From the NCBI GenBank assembly GCA_964502215.1, contig CAZCUN010000007.1, forward strand, positions 2,794-66,793: a stretch of 64,000 bases of DNA. Reading direction: 5' to 3'. The stretch comes from an uncultured Rhizobiaceae bacterium. GTDB lineage: Bacteria > Pseudomonadota > Alphaproteobacteria > Rhizobiales > Rhizobiaceae. The notes under the pieces are model-generated. The model saw nothing but the letters and a program-made list of their open reading frames with translations. It did no database searches and was not told where the DNA came from. Made by a program: the position numbers and the translations under genes. How positions within the stretch are numbered: position 1 is the first letter of the stretch; every line of letters starts with the position of its first letter. Shown piece after piece: positions 19,324 through 30,800 of the stretch.

Positions 19324-20652
19324 ATGGGGAAAAAGATGAGCGATACAGCCATCAACAACATGGGAAACAAAGCGCAGACACTTGCAGCTGATAATGGCCC
19401 ACTGATTGCCGCAGACGGCACACCCCTAAAAGCAAAGCTTGCTAAAACAACCCGTTCAATGAAGATAAAAGCGCTTTTGCTTACGCTTCCGCTGGTTATT
19501 TTTATCATTATATCATTCGTCATTCCAATTGGACAAATGCTACATCGCGGATTTTATAATCCAGCCGTTAGCAACGTAATGCCAACTTTCTCAGTTGCCA
19601 TCAAAGATTGGGATGAGACAACAGGTGAATTACCATCCGAAGAAATCTTCGAGATCTTCGTCAAAGACCTAGCTCTTGCCAAGAAAAACCGCGAGGTTGG
19701 CAAGACAGTTGGTAACATGGCAACGCGTATCAATTATGAATTACCTGGTTCAAGAAGCTTATTCACAAAATCTGCGCGTAAAGCCGGTAAGATCACCGAA
19801 GGCCCCTATAAAGAAGCCCTCTTTGCGCTCGATAAAAGATGGGACGATCATAATCTTTGGAGAACAGTTAAACGCGCTTCGAATGATTACACAATCTCAT
19901 TTTTCCTTGCTGCGCTTGATTTAAAGTATGACGCAACAGGCAGTATCACGCGCGCGGATGAGCTTTATAGGATCTATGTTCCCATTTTGCTAAAAACGCT
20001 ACTTTTATCAGCGCTGATCACTCTGATCTGTTTCTTGATTGCTTACCCAGTGGCTTATTTACTTTCTACACTGCCTTTGCGTACATCTAATTTGCTAATG
20101 ATCTTAGTGCTGCTGCCGTTCTGGACATCTCTGCTTGTTAGAACATCAGCTTGGATTGCCATGCTCCAGCAACAAGGCATCATCAATAACATTCTAGTTT
20201 TCTTAGGTATAATAGGCGATGAAAGCCGTATCCAAATGATTTACAATCAAACGGGTACAGTAATCTCGATGGTTCATATCTTGTTGCCATTTATGATTTT
20301 GCCGCTTTACTCAGTGATGAAAACCATTCCGCCAAGCTACATGCGTGCTGCAAAATCCATGGGGGCAACTGGCTCTTATGCCTTTAGACGTGTTTACTTC
20401 CCACAAACAATTCCTGGCATTGCCGCAGGAACGCTACTCGTCTTTATTCTTGCAATTGGTTACTACATCACCCCTGCCCTTGTTGGTGGTAGCGATGGTC
20501 TGTTTATCTCAAATCTAATTGCTGACCACATTAAGAAAACGCTTAACTGGAGCCTTGGCTCAGCACTGGCTGCAATATTGTTAGTCGTGGTGATGGTTTT
20601 CTACTGGCTATACAACAGACTTGTTGGCGTCGATAAATTGAAGTTTGGGTAA
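19324..20652 (+). CDS. ABC transporter permease (PotB-like, with long N-terminal extension)
   Basis: 442 aa, multiple TM segments, EAA-loop-like …MRAAKSMGATGSYAFRRVYFPQ…. An alternative ATG is at 19336. Confidence 0.8.
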   Translation: MGKKMSDTAINNMGNKAQTLAADNGPLIAADGTPLKAKLAKTTRSMKIKALLLTLPLVIFIIISFVIPIGQMLHRGFYNPAVSNVMPTFSVAIKDWDETTGELPSEEIFEIFVKDLALAKKNREVGKTVGNMATRINYELPGSRSLFTKSARKAGKITEGPYKEALFALDKRWDDHNLWRTVKRASNDYTISFFLAALDLKYDATGSITRADELYRIYVPILLKTLLLSALITLICFLIAYPVAYLLSTLPLRTSNLLMILVLLPFWTSLLVRTSAWIAMLQQQGIINNILVFLGIIGDESRIQMIYNQTGTVISMVHILLPFMILPLYSVMKTIPPSYMRAAKSMGATGSYAFRRVYFPQTIPGIAAGTLLVFILAIGYYITPALVGGSDGLFISNLIADHIKKTLNWSLGSALAAILLVVVMVFYWLYNRLVGVDKLKFG

Positions 20653-20656
20653 AGTC

Positions 20657-21742
20657 ATGAGCAATAAGATGGTGAGCGAAGAACAAAAGCTACACAGCAA
20701 CCTAGGTTTAGGTATTTTAATAATAGCAACAATTGCTTTCTTTTTCTTAACAGGGTCGCTAGCAGGAACAGTTGGCTTTCTCTTGATATTTGGCATTCCA
20801 TTTTTTGCCATGAGCCAATTACCTGGCTACGCAACGATGAAAGATAAAATCTGGCAATATGTATTCCTTACCGTTTGCACGCTCATCTTTATCTTTTTAA
20901 TCACCCCTATTCTCATCATCATACCGCTTTCATTTAATGCAGAGCCATATTTCACCTTCACCGAAGGTATGATGAATCTTGAAGCAAGCGCTTATTCATC
21001 CAGATGGTACGCAGATATTTTCCGCTTTGGTATGACGGCACCTGACGCTATTGAAGGTTGGTGGACCGACATGTGGAATAATGCCACCTGGATACGTGCA
21101 ACTAGAAACTCATTCTTCATTGCAGTTTGCGCAACAATTCTGGCAACAGGATTTGGCACGCTGGCCGCATTAGGATTATCGCGCCCTGAAATGCCTTACC
21201 GTGCACAAATTACAAGCTTGCTAATCTCACCCATGATTGTGCCGCTTGTAATTACAGCAACAGGCATGTTCTTTTTCTTTGCACAAAAAGATATCTTCCC
21301 GTTCTTCCCAGAAAGCTTAGTGAACACCTACACAGGGCTTATTCTTGCGCATGCTACACTTGGCGTACCCTTTGTTATCATCACAGTAACAGCAACGCTT
21401 TCAGGTTTTGACCGTTCACTCATACGCGCCTCTCAAGGCTTAGGCGCAACGGGCTGGACAACTTTTAGAAAAGTCATCATGCCGCTTATTACACCGGGCA
21501 TGATTTCAGGCGCTTTGTTTGCTTTCATCACATCGTTTGATGAAGTAGTTGCGGTTATCTTCCTTGCAGACGTTGACCAACGTACAATCCCTCGTCAGAT
21601 GTTCTCTGGCTTGCGCGAGCAAATCTCACCGACCATTCTAGCCGTTGCGACTATTTTAGTTCTGATCTCAATCGCGTTGCTCACAACACTAGAACTACTA
21701 CGCCGTCGCTCTGAGCGCCTTCGTGGTTTATCTCCTGGCTAA
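20657..21742 (+). CDS. ABC transporter permease (PotC-like)
   Basis: …[22 protein letters not shown]… EAA loop. The ATG at 20657 comes just after the upstream stop (the track ORF starts at a TTG at 20645). Confidence 0.8.
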   Translation: MSNKMVSEEQKLHSNLGLGILIIATIAFFFLTGSLAGTVGFLLIFGIPFFAMSQLPGYATMKDKIWQYVFLTVCTLIFIFLITPILIIIPLSFNAEPYFTFTEGMMNLEASAYSSRWYADIFRFGMTAPDAIEGWWTDMWNNATWIRATRNSFFIAVCATILATGFGTLAALGLSRPEMPYRAQITSLLISPMIVPLVITATGMFFFFAQKDIFPFFPESLVNTYTGLILAHATLGVPFVIITVTATLSGFDRSLIRASQGLGATGWTTFRKVIMPLITPGMISGALFAFITSFDEVVAVIFLADVDQRTIPRQMFSGLREQISPTILAVATILVLISIALLTTLELLRRRSERLRGLSPG

Positions 21743-22479
21743 TGCAAAACAGTCTTGCGCAGCTAAAAGAATTAATTGACGAAGCAAAAACAATCGTCAT
21801 TCTAACAGGTGCGGGTATTTCAACTGAATCAGGTGTTCCCGATTTTAGGTCACCAGGTGGCTTATGGGAGCAATTCCGCATCGTTGAATATGGCGAGTAC
21901 ATTTCAAGTGAAGAGGCCCGTATAGAAGATTAGCATCGACGGTTTTTCATGGCAGACCAAATCGGCCAAGTTGAACCCAACATCGGTCACACTAAAATTG
22001 CTGATTGGATAGATCAAGGCAAATGCACACAACTCATTACGCAAAACGTAGATGGGTTACATCTGCGCGGTGGTGCACCTCAAGAAAAAACAATCGAAAT
22101 TCACGGCAATGCCACAACCGCATCCTGCATTTCATGTGGTGAACACCATTCGATTGAGACTTGCCGCACATTATTTGAAGCAACGGGAACAAGCCCCAAA
22201 TGCCAGACTTGCGATGGTCTAGTCAAAGCAGACATCGTCATGTTTGGTGAAAAAATGCCTACAAAGAAAACTGCTCAAGCATTCAAAACAGCAGAAACCG
22301 CAGACTTGTTTATAGCCATCGGCACATCGCTTGTCGTGAACCCCGCAGCAGCCCTCCCCCTCCATGCCAAACACAATGAAGCAAAGTTCGCAATTATCAA
22401 TCGCGACCCAACACAATTGGACGAGTTTGCAGATTGTGTAGTCAACGATGAAATAGGCCTCGCAATAAAAGAGCTATGA
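21742..22479 (+). pseudogene. cobB: NAD-dependent protein deacylase (sirtuin, CobB family) interrupted by one in-frame TAG (21931..21933)
   Basis: Track ORFs 21742..21933 and 21949..22479 are in the same frame (offset 207 nt). Joined, they read …[20 protein letters not shown]…EARIED*HRRFF…PNIGH…QNVDGLH…CxxC…CxxC…, a complete sirtuin. Confidence 0.75.
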
Positions 22480-22480
22480 C

Positions 22481-23146
22481 TTAATTATTCTTTGTGATTA
22501 ATTCTACCAAACTAGCTTTATTGATAATTTCTATCGAGCCTCGTGACTGCTCCACCCACCCCCTACGATGAAACTCTTGTAACTGTCGAGAAATCACTTC
22601 CCGTGCTGTTCCAAGCTCAGTTGCTAGTTGTTGATGGGTTGTATTAATTTCATTTTGACCATTAGCAAGATCAATAAGCTTTTGTGCAAGCCTAATATCC
22701 AAACGTCTAAAAGCAACTTCATTGATAATTGTCATCAACTCTGTAAGGCGTAAGGAGAAAGTTGAAAATATAAAATTGCGAAAACATTCTGATTTAGCGA
22801 TTAATTCATCAAAAGTCTGGCGCGGGATAATGGCAGCCTCAACTTCTGTTTCTGAAATTCCTTCTGCAGCATAATCTTGATGCCCAATTAAACAAGAAGC
22901 TGTCATGATACAACTTTGCCCAGCTTCTATTCGGTAAAGTACAATTTCTCTTCCGCCCTCAGAAACCTGCTGCACACGAACTGTACCGTCCATTAAGAAG
23001 ATCATATTCTCAGCAGGCTTGCCGGGTGAAAATACTGATGTACCAGGAGGAATAGAAATAACGCGGCTATGCTTATCAATTATGTCGCGCCATTCTAATT
23101 CAAGGTTATTAAGACCCTCAAAGTTTTCGGCCCACAAACGATCCAT
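22481..23146 (-). CDS. Crp/Fnr-family transcriptional regulator
   Basis: N-terminal cNMP-binding-like barrel and C-terminal HTH (…HQQLATELGTAREVISRQL…). I chose the ATG at 23146 over the TTG at 23158. Confidence 0.8.
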   Translation of the reverse strand: MDRLWAENFEGLNNLELEWRDIIDKHSRVISIPPGTSVFSPGKPAENMIFLMDGTVRVQQVSEGGREIVLYRIEAGQSCIMTASCLIGHQDYAAEGISETEVEAAIIPRQTFDELIAKSECFRNFIFSTFSLRLTELMTIINEVAFRRLDIRLAQKLIDLANGQNEINTTHQQLATELGTAREVISRQLQEFHRRGWVEQSRGSIEIINKASLVELITKNN

Positions 23147-23172
23147 ATAAAACACCAATCAGTCATTGATTA

Positions 23173-23550
23173 TTATGAAGTAACAGGTAACTTTTCTGAA
23201 AGCCAACGCAACATGCCACCTTCAACATTCACAACATCACTAAACCCAGCATTTAGCAATAATCTCGCAGCTTTTTCACCACGCATCCCAGATCGACAAA
23301 CAACCGCAACACTAGCAGCTTTATTATTATCAACCGATAGTAATACCTCGTCAACAAACTTAGAATTTTGCAAGGCGATACAATAGCAGTCCTTCGGGCT
23401 TCCATCAGCAGCCCATTCATTAGGCTCACGAACATCAACCAAAGTTAAATCCCCCATTGAGGCCTTTTGATTAGCATCCAATGGATCAATCATTGGAATG
23501 AGCAATGTTTCTGTACCCATCCCAATTTTTTTAAAAAGCTTATCAAGCAT
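23173..23550 (-). CDS. rhodanese-domain sulfurtransferase
   Basis: 125 aa with the active-site loop …VVCRSGMRGEKAA…. Confidence 0.8.
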   Translation of the reverse strand: MLDKLFKKIGMGTETLLIPMIDPLDANQKASMGDLTLVDVREPNEWAADGSPKDCYCIALQNSKFVDEVLLSVDNNKAASVAVVCRSGMRGEKAARLLLNAGFSDVVNVEGGMLRWLSEKLPVTS

Positions 23551-23559
23551 GATATCTAC

Positions 23560-23772
23560 TTAAGCGTTGTCTGAGCGCGTACGCAAACCAAGCAGCCCAT
23601 ATGCTGGACAAAAACTAACAGCACCTGTGACAATCAAAATTGCAGCAGCAATTGCGGCAGCAATGCCAATACCAGTGCCAATATTCAAAACACCTGTGAG
23701 TAATAATACAACAAGCACTCCACCTGCAATAACTCTTAAGATACGATCCCAAGTTCCAACGTTTAATCTCAT
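23560..23772 (-). CDS. DUF2892 (YgaP C-terminal-like) membrane protein
   Basis: MRLNVGTWDRILRVIAGGVLV…CPAYGLLG. GGAG lies 6 nt before the ATG at 23772. Confidence 0.7.
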   Translation of the reverse strand: MRLNVGTWDRILRVIAGGVLVVLLLTGVLNIGTGIGIAAAIAAAILIVTGAVSFCPAYGLLGLRTRSDNA

Positions 23773-23861
23773 GATAATCTCCATCTACAATTTTAAGATG
23801 AAAAGAAGGTACCAAGACTAACAAACCAAGTAGGTGACTAAGTCACAAACACCTGTAGAAA

Positions 23862-24512
23862 TTAGTCAGCACCAAAAGCCACGCCATCATCGCCAGTCTT
23901 CCACTGCGGATATTTTATCATAATACTTTTAAAGCGTTCACTTTCTAAAAACGCGTCTAGCCAACGAATTGTATGATGCCACTCTTGAGACCAAAACCAC
24001 TCTTTATCAACATGTGCAAATTGGCGAACGAAAGGCAAAATAGCACCATCAGCAAATGAAAAATCATCGCCATATAAATAAGACTGCCCTTTAAGCATAG
24101 AGTCTAACTTCATCATAAAATTTGCGCCAATCGCACGTTCCTTACTCGTATCAATTGTATCATCACGACTAGCATACTTATAAGCGTCTAATGCAGCTTT
24201 AAACGGCCCATCGCTCTCATCTATTAGGTTTGTCATATGTTGCAGTTGCGCATGAGGAAAGTCCAACCAGCCTTCTTGATCTTGGATGTTCAAAGCCCAA
24301 TCCATAATATCCCGGCTCTCCTCAATCACTGCACCATCTTGCAAAACAAGAACAGGAACTGTGCCTTTTGGACTAGCGGTTAACATCTCATCTGGCTTCT
24401 CACGTAGCACTACTTCGCGAAGCTGCACAGGCGTTTTTGTTGCTAATAAAGCAAGTCTTGCACGCATCGCATATGGACATCGCCGGAATGAATAGAGAAT
24501 CGAAACTGACAT
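23862..24512 (-). CDS. glutathione S-transferase family protein
   Basis: …LYSFRRCPYAMRARLAL… thioredoxin-like N-domain, followed by a helical C-domain. Confidence 0.7.
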   Translation of the reverse strand: MSVSILYSFRRCPYAMRARLALLATKTPVQLREVVLREKPDEMLTASPKGTVPVLVLQDGAVIEESRDIMDWALNIQDQEGWLDFPHAQLQHMTNLIDESDGPFKAALDAYKYASRDDTIDTSKERAIGANFMMKLDSMLKGQSYLYGDDFSFADGAILPFVRQFAHVDKEWFWSQEWHHTIRWLDAFLESERFKSIMIKYPQWKTGDDGVAFGAD

Positions 24513-24585
24513 ATTGCCTCAAAATAAATGGTTAATAGATACTTAAATTATTTGATAAAAAGAAAAATAACAAATTTGTCGATAA

Positions 24586-24673
24586 GAATCATAAAGGTTA
24601 ACGTAAACGAGTGAGTGATTCGTTTTTTCGAGTCAAGGCGGCAACTTACAAGACAAATATCAAACATGGAATC
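24586..24673. promoter_or_regulatory. cluster of four GANTC (CcrM-type methylation) sites upstream of the coiled-coil gene
   Basis: GAATC 24586-24590, GATTC 24617-24621, GAGTC 24630-24634, GAATC 24669-24673. GTTAACGTAAA lies at 24597-24607. Confidence 0.4.
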
Positions 24674-24684
24674 AGCGGGGAACC

Positions 24685-26088
24685 ATGAACAAAGCTCTAA
24701 AAATTGCAGATCTTCAAGAAGGTAATGTATCGCTTGGTAGGTCAAATCTTTCAAATCCTGATCAATTAACTAATCTGGATACAGAAGAAATTCGTTCTAA
24801 AATCAAAGCTGCTCGTCTTGAAAAACTCATGGCGCGGCAACTAGAAAGCGAACTCACCTTCGATTTAGAAGCTGAGCCTGAGTTAGTTATCGAAGCTTCA
24901 GATGAGGAAATCACCCTAGAAACACTTTTTGACGATGTTTCAAACGCTCCTATAAAGCTGGAGATACCAGCATCAAAATCTAAAGGTTACTCTATAGGTA
25001 GCTCAAAACGCATGCGTAACATGCAAACAACCAGGCATTCTTGTGATGAAATGGTTACTCGTATTCGATCTGGCTCTCATATTCTAACGGAATTAAACGA
25101 GCAAACGACAAATCTAGTAAATCAACTCCAGTTCATGGAACAAGAGTTTGCAAACTTTGAAGAAGCTGAAGTAAAAGCTTCAAAACTAGCAAGTGAACAT
25201 AAGCGAATTACAACCGAATATAATGAAGCTCTTAATCTTATTGAAAAACAAAGCCGTCAACTAAATGTTCTCGATCAACAGCGAACTAAAAGCAACGCTG
25301 ATTATGAAAATACAAGAGCAGAACTAGAGCAGCTTCAAATTCGCAATCGTAAAGACATAGATTTATTCGCAGAAGTTCAAATCGTCAATTCGGAACTAGA
25401 GCAAGAAAAGCGTTCGCTCAATAATCAACTGACAGCAAATGAAGCAAGCCTTTCTGAAGCTACGTCAGAACTTCAAACGACAAATAATATGTTGAAGCAA
25501 AAAGATATGGAAGCAGCAAGAGCACTAGCTGAACTCACTTCCACAAAAGAACGCCTTCAAAATGCAGAAACAAGCCTAGCTTTTACAAGCGAGGAACACG
25601 AAACTTTATCTAAGCAATTTACAGAAGCTCAAATTGAATTACAAAGTCTTCAATCGCAAAATGAAGCTGCAAATGACGAACTTGCTTCAACACAAACCAA
25701 CTTGAAGCAAACAACATAAGAGTTAGAAGAGCTAACCGCAGACGCACATGATAAAGACATATCATCTGCAAAACTCACCTCTGACTATGCTTCACTTATC
25801 AAGCAAAACTCTAAAGTCACGAATGATTTAAATAACATTCAGAACAAATATGACGAATTGAATAAATCTGCTCTTGAACAACAAAGTCAGCAATATGCAC
25901 GCATCCATGAGTTGGAAAGTGTCATGCGCGATGTAAAACGTCAGTTAGAATTTAAAACCAAAACCAATGCAGAATTAACAGTTGAGCTTGAAGCAACAAA
26001 CAATTTGTTGGTTCTTCACGAAGAGATGGTATTGTTGGTTCTTCACGAAGAGATGGTAACTGCACTTTCGAAAGAAAATAATAGATAA
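24685..26088 (+). pseudogene. long coiled-coil protein gene interrupted by a single in-frame TAA (25717..25719)
   Basis: Track ORFs 24685..25719 and 25858..26088 share a frame (offset 1173 nt). I translated 25720-25857 by hand and found no other stop. The heptad-rich Q/E/L/N composition continues across the stop. Confidence 0.65.
26005..26058 (+). repeat. perfect 27-bp tandem duplication (2 copies) inside the coiled-coil gene
   Basis: TTGTTGGTTCTTCACGAAGAGATGGTA appears twice (26005-26031 and 26032-26058), encoding LLVLHEEMV twice. Confidence 0.95.
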
Positions 26089-26107
26089 TTTACTTTAATA
26101 TAAAAGT

Positions 26108-27097
26108 CTATTCATGCGGTGCGTTCTGATTAGAGCGTGCCGCATGTTCTTTTTGGGCTTTTCTTTTTTGCAGCTTTTGGTTTCCCTGATCAGCCGCAAT
26201 ATGTTCTTGGCCGCGTTTTTTTGCCAGCTCCATTTGTTTTTGCCGCTCAATAAAGCGTTGGCGTTGGCGCGTTGTTTGTTTGTCATAACAACGAGGACAC
26301 GAAACACCGGCGGCATATTGTTCAGACTGCTTGTCTTCTTCTATAATTGGATATCGGCAAGCATGGCACATGTCATAAGGCCCTTGCTCAAGGCCGTGAC
26401 CAACACTGACACGTTGATCGAACACAAAACACTCACCCTCCCAAAGGCTTTCTTCCTTAGGAGTATTTTCAAGATATTTTAAAATGCCACCTTGCAGGTG
26501 ATAAACATCCTCATACCCAAGCTCTTTCATCAAAGACGTAGATTTTTCACAGCGAATACCGCCCGTGCAAAACATCGCAATCTTCTTGCCCTTAAGCAGA
26601 TTATCCTGCCCCTCTACCCACTTGGGCAATTCTCGAAAGCTTGTGGTATCAGGATCAACAGCGCCCTTAAATGTACCAATCGCCACTTCATAGTCATTAC
26701 GTGTATCTACCACAACAACATCAGGGTCTTGTATAAACTCATTCCAATCTTCAGGAGCAATATATTCACCCACCTGCTTGGTAGGACTAACCCCTTCGAC
26801 ACCCAAGGTTACAATCTCTTTCTTGAGGCGAACTTTCATGCGGTAGAAAGGATTTTCTTCTGCCCAACTTTCTTTATGTTCAAGATCGCAAATACGTTCA
26901 TCAAGCTTGATAAAATCAAGAAGTGCATGGATGCCTTTTTCCGAGCCAGCAACCGTGCCATTAATACCCTCTTCAGCCAAAAGAATAGTGCCCATCACCT
27001 CATTAGCAATTGCGCAGTCTTGTATCCCTTGCTGAAGCTCTTTGTAATCGGGCAAGGCAACAAATTTATAAAAGGCGGCAACGAGGTAAGAAGACAT
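26108..27097 (-). CDS. trhO: rhodanese-related tRNA uridine(34) hydroxylase (UPF0176/YceA family)
   Basis: [18 protein letters not shown]… N-terminus, rhodanese loop …[10 protein letters not shown]…, and a C-terminal Cys-rich tail. Confidence 0.8.
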   Translation of the reverse strand: MSSYLVAAFYKFVALPDYKELQQGIQDCAIANEVMGTILLAEEGINGTVAGSEKGIHALLDFIKLDERICDLEHKESWAEENPFYRMKVRLKKEIVTLGVEGVSPTKQVGEYIAPEDWNEFIQDPDVVVVDTRNDYEVAIGTFKGAVDPDTTSFRELPKWVEGQDNLLKGKKIAMFCTGGIRCEKSTSLMKELGYEDVYHLQGGILKYLENTPKEESLWEGECFVFDQRVSVGHGLEQGPYDMCHACRYPIIEEDKQSEQYAAGVSCPRCYDKQTTRQRQRFIERQKQMELAKKRGQEHIAADQGNQKLQKRKAQKEHAARSNQNAPHE

Positions 27098-27221
27098 TTT
27101 GATATTAATTCAACTGTAATTGGCACTGGCGCTTACATACGCCCTTTGGATAAAGCTTTCAAACCCTGAAATGATGAAACTTCAACTTTGATTTTCTAAC
27201 GATTTAAGTACATAAAACAGT

Positions 27222-27686
27222 ATGAAGAATAATCTTGATGAAATTGATCTAAAAATACTGCGTATTTTGCAAAAAACCGCTGATCTAAGTATTACAGAAA
27301 TTGGCGACAAAGTAGGCCTCAGCCACACCCCTTGCTGGCGTCGTATCAAAAAGATGCAAGAAAGCGGTGTTATTAAATCTCAAGTATGTAATCTAGATTC
27401 TGAAATAATCGGCTTAGATGTTTCAATCTTTGTTTTCGTCAGGTTAGATACGCATTCGGCTCAAGCGCTTCATAAATTTGAAATATCAACAAAATCAGTG
27501 CCCGAAATCATGCAATGTTACACCATGAGTGGAGAGTTTGATTACTTACTAAGGATTGTCGTAGCAACGGTTAGGGATTACGAAAAAACAGTAAAGGGAA
27601 AGTTACTTCAGCTGCCACATGTAGGAATGATGAATTCACATTTTGCACTAAGTGAAATAAAAAATTCATCTGCTTTACCAATTTAG
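27222..27686 (+). CDS. Lrp/AsnC-family transcriptional regulator
   Basis: …LDEIDLKILRILQKTADLSITEIGDKVGLSHTPCWRRIKKM… followed by a RAM domain. Confidence 0.9.
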   Translation: MKNNLDEIDLKILRILQKTADLSITEIGDKVGLSHTPCWRRIKKMQESGVIKSQVCNLDSEIIGLDVSIFVFVRLDTHSAQALHKFEISTKSVPEIMQCYTMSGEFDYLLRIVVATVRDYEKTVKGKLLQLPHVGMMNSHFALSEIKNSSALPI

Positions 27687-27826
27687 GATATTTTCCTAAA
27701 TATTACTAAAAATAACCAAATTTTTTGCTACAACAATACATGATTGTGTTATTTTTGAACTGCATTTTCTTTTTTCTTGGGCCATACTCTATAATATGAA
27801 GATTTAAAAATATAACGGAGAGCACC

Positions 27827-30800
27827 ATGGGTGAAAACACACCAGCCAGCAAAATCATTGCAGCCAAGGACATTTCGCTCGAAGATAAATATACCGCCAC
27901 CGAAGGCAAAATATTTCTCAATGGTACGCAAGCACTGGTTCGTTTGCCAATCGTTCAAATGCGCCGCGACCGTGAAGCAGGACTTAAAACAGGTGGTTTT
28001 ATTTCAGGCTACCGTGGTTCTCCTATAGGCGCTTATGACTTTGCGCTTCAACAAGCGCAAAAGCATCTTGATAAAGAAGGCATCGTCTTCCAGCCAGGCG
28101 TTAATGAAGACCTAGCCGCAACAGCTGTTTGGGGAACACAGCAAATTGATCTAACACCAAGCGCAAAAGTTGATGGCGTTTCTGCCTATTGGTACGGCAA
28201 GGGCCCAGGCGTTGACCGCTCAGGCGATGTTTTCAAACATGCAAACTCTGCTGGCACATCAAAGATTGGTGGTGTTTTAGCGTTTGCGGGCGATGACCAT
28301 ACTGCAAAGTCTTCCACAGTAGCCCACCAATCAGACCATGCCTTCATGGCCGCAATGATGCCAATGCTATTTCCTTCAAGTGTGCAAGAGTTCGTTGAGC
28401 TAGGCCTGCTTGGTACGGCTATGTCTCGTTACTCAGGCCTTTGGGTAGGTTATAAAGTTATATCAGACACCATCGAAACAACTGGTGTGGTTGATTTGGC
28501 AGGTGAGAAGCAAAAATTTATCATTCCTGAGGAGTTTGCGCTCCCAGAAAATGGTTTAAACCTTCGCTGGCCAGATGGTATTTTAGAACAAGACGAGCGA
28601 CTTTTAGAACATAAAGCCTATGCAGCCCTTGCATTTGCTAAAGCAAATAACGTTGACCAACTTATCTATGACACGAAGAAACCGCGTTTTGGTATTATTG
28701 CATCAGGCAAGGCTTATGAAAACGTGCGTGAAGCACTTCGCCAACTGGATATTGATGAGAAAACTGCCGACAAAATTGGCCTTCGTCTTTACAAAGTACG
28801 CATGCCTTGGCCGTTAGAGCCTGAAGGCATTCGCAAATTTGCAGATGGTCTTGAAGAAGTGCTTGTTATTGAAGAACGTCGTGAGATTATTGAAAACCAA
28901 ATTAAGCAACAATTGTTTAATTGGAAAGCCAGCGTACGCCCGCGCATCGTTGGTAAATTCGACCACGAAGACAATCACATTCTAAAATTAAACGAAGAAA
29001 TGACTGCTGGAGTGGCGGTTCGTGCCATTGCAAGCAGACTGTTAATGCTAGATATGCCAGAGGGCATTGCGGGTCGTGTCAAACAAAAACTTGCTTATTA
29101 TGAAGAACGCGCAAGCATTAAGAAAAACCATGAAACACCTGTAACCCGCACAGCACACTTTTGCTCAGGTTGTCCACACAACACCTCAACAAAAGTACCA
29201 GAAGGTAGCCGCGCACTTGCTGGTATCGGCTGTCACTTCATGTCTGTATGGATGGATCGCGAAACATCAACCTTTAGCCACATGGGTGGCGAAGGCGCAA
29301 GCTGGTCAGGGCTTAATCATTTCACAGATGAAGACCATATCTTTGCAAACCTTGGGGATGGCACATATTTTCACTCAGGCTATATGGCAGTAAGAAATGC
29401 TGTTGCATCAAAAGCTAATATTACCTACAAAATTTTATTCAATGATGCCGTTGCCATGACGGGCGGTCAAACCCACGATGGCCCTCTTGATCCACCGACG
29501 ATCTCCAAACAATTAAAAGCAGAAGGCGTAAAGGAAATCTGGCTAGTCTCAGAAGACCCACAACGCTATTCCAAATCTGATTTTGCATCTGGTATAACAA
29601 TCCGCCACCGCGAACACCTTGATGAAGTGCAAAAGCACTTACGCACTGTAAAAGGTTGCACAGCGATTATCTACGACCAAACATGCGCAGCAGAACTCCG
29701 CCGCCGTCGCAAGCGCGGTAAAGCCGTAGACCCAGACAAACGCGCCTTTATTAATCCATTGGTATGTGAAGGTTGTGGCGATTGTTCAGTGCAGTCCAAT
29801 TGTGTTTCCATCGAACCCCTAGAAACAGACTTCGGTCGCAAGCGCAAAATCAACCAATCATCTTGTAATAAAGATTTTTCATGCGTTGAAGGCTTCTGCC
29901 CATCGTTTGTAACGGTTAAAAGCGGTTCACTTAAAAAACCAAAGGCAGCTGAACTTGACGCTTCAAACCTGCCCAAACCAAAGACACCAAAACTCGATGA
30001 TGTTTACAACATTGCGATCACAGGTGTTGGTGGCACAGGTGTGCTTACAATTGGTGCTATTCTTGGCATGGCAGCTCATGTGCAAGGCAAAGCAGCCTTG
30101 ATGCTAGATATGGCAGGTCTTGCACAAAAAGGCGGCGCAGTGCTCTCCCATGTTCGCCTTGCCCCAACACCAGATTTAGTAACCGCACCGCAAATTGTAA
30201 CAGGTGAAGCAGACTTGCTTTTAGCCGCTGATACAGTCGTTGCCTCAGCTCAAAGTTCAATTGCACTGTTAAGTTCAGAAAACACCAATGCTATTCTCAA
30301 CACGCATTTGAACCCAGTTTCAAATTTCATTTTTGACCGTGATTATGATTTCCGTGAGGACGGTGTTGTCGATACGATACGTCAACACGTTCGCAAGGAT
30401 ATGGCTCAAGTCAACTTTAACAAACTGGCAGAAACCGTTTGTGGTGATGCGATTGCCACCAACATCATGATGATTGGCTATGCATGTCAAATGGGCATGA
30501 TCCCACTGCCACCAGAAGCAATTGAACGGGCAATCGAATTAAACGCAGTTGCTGTTGCAGCCAATAAACGCGCCTTCAACTGGGGTCGTAAATTTGCCCA
30601 TGATCCAAAAGAAATTGAGGTCATATTAGAGGAAGCAAATCCAAAGGCAAAAGAGCCTGATACATTAGAAGAAATCATCAACAAACGCGCTGAATTCTTG
30701 AAAGATTATCAAGATGAAGACTACGCACAAAGCTACCGTGATTTTGTTTCTAAGGTTGAGACTGCGGAAGAAAAACTATCTAAATCCAAAGACTTAACCA

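Noticed and set aside
26005-26058. Possible CRISPR or minisatellite array.
   Set aside because: There are only two directly abutting copies with no spacers, inside a reading frame. It is a simple tandem duplication.
26492-27169. 225-aa ORF antisense to trhO.
   Set aside because: It lies entirely within the well-supported trhO gene on the opposite strand. The sequence is low-complexity with no recognisable motifs.
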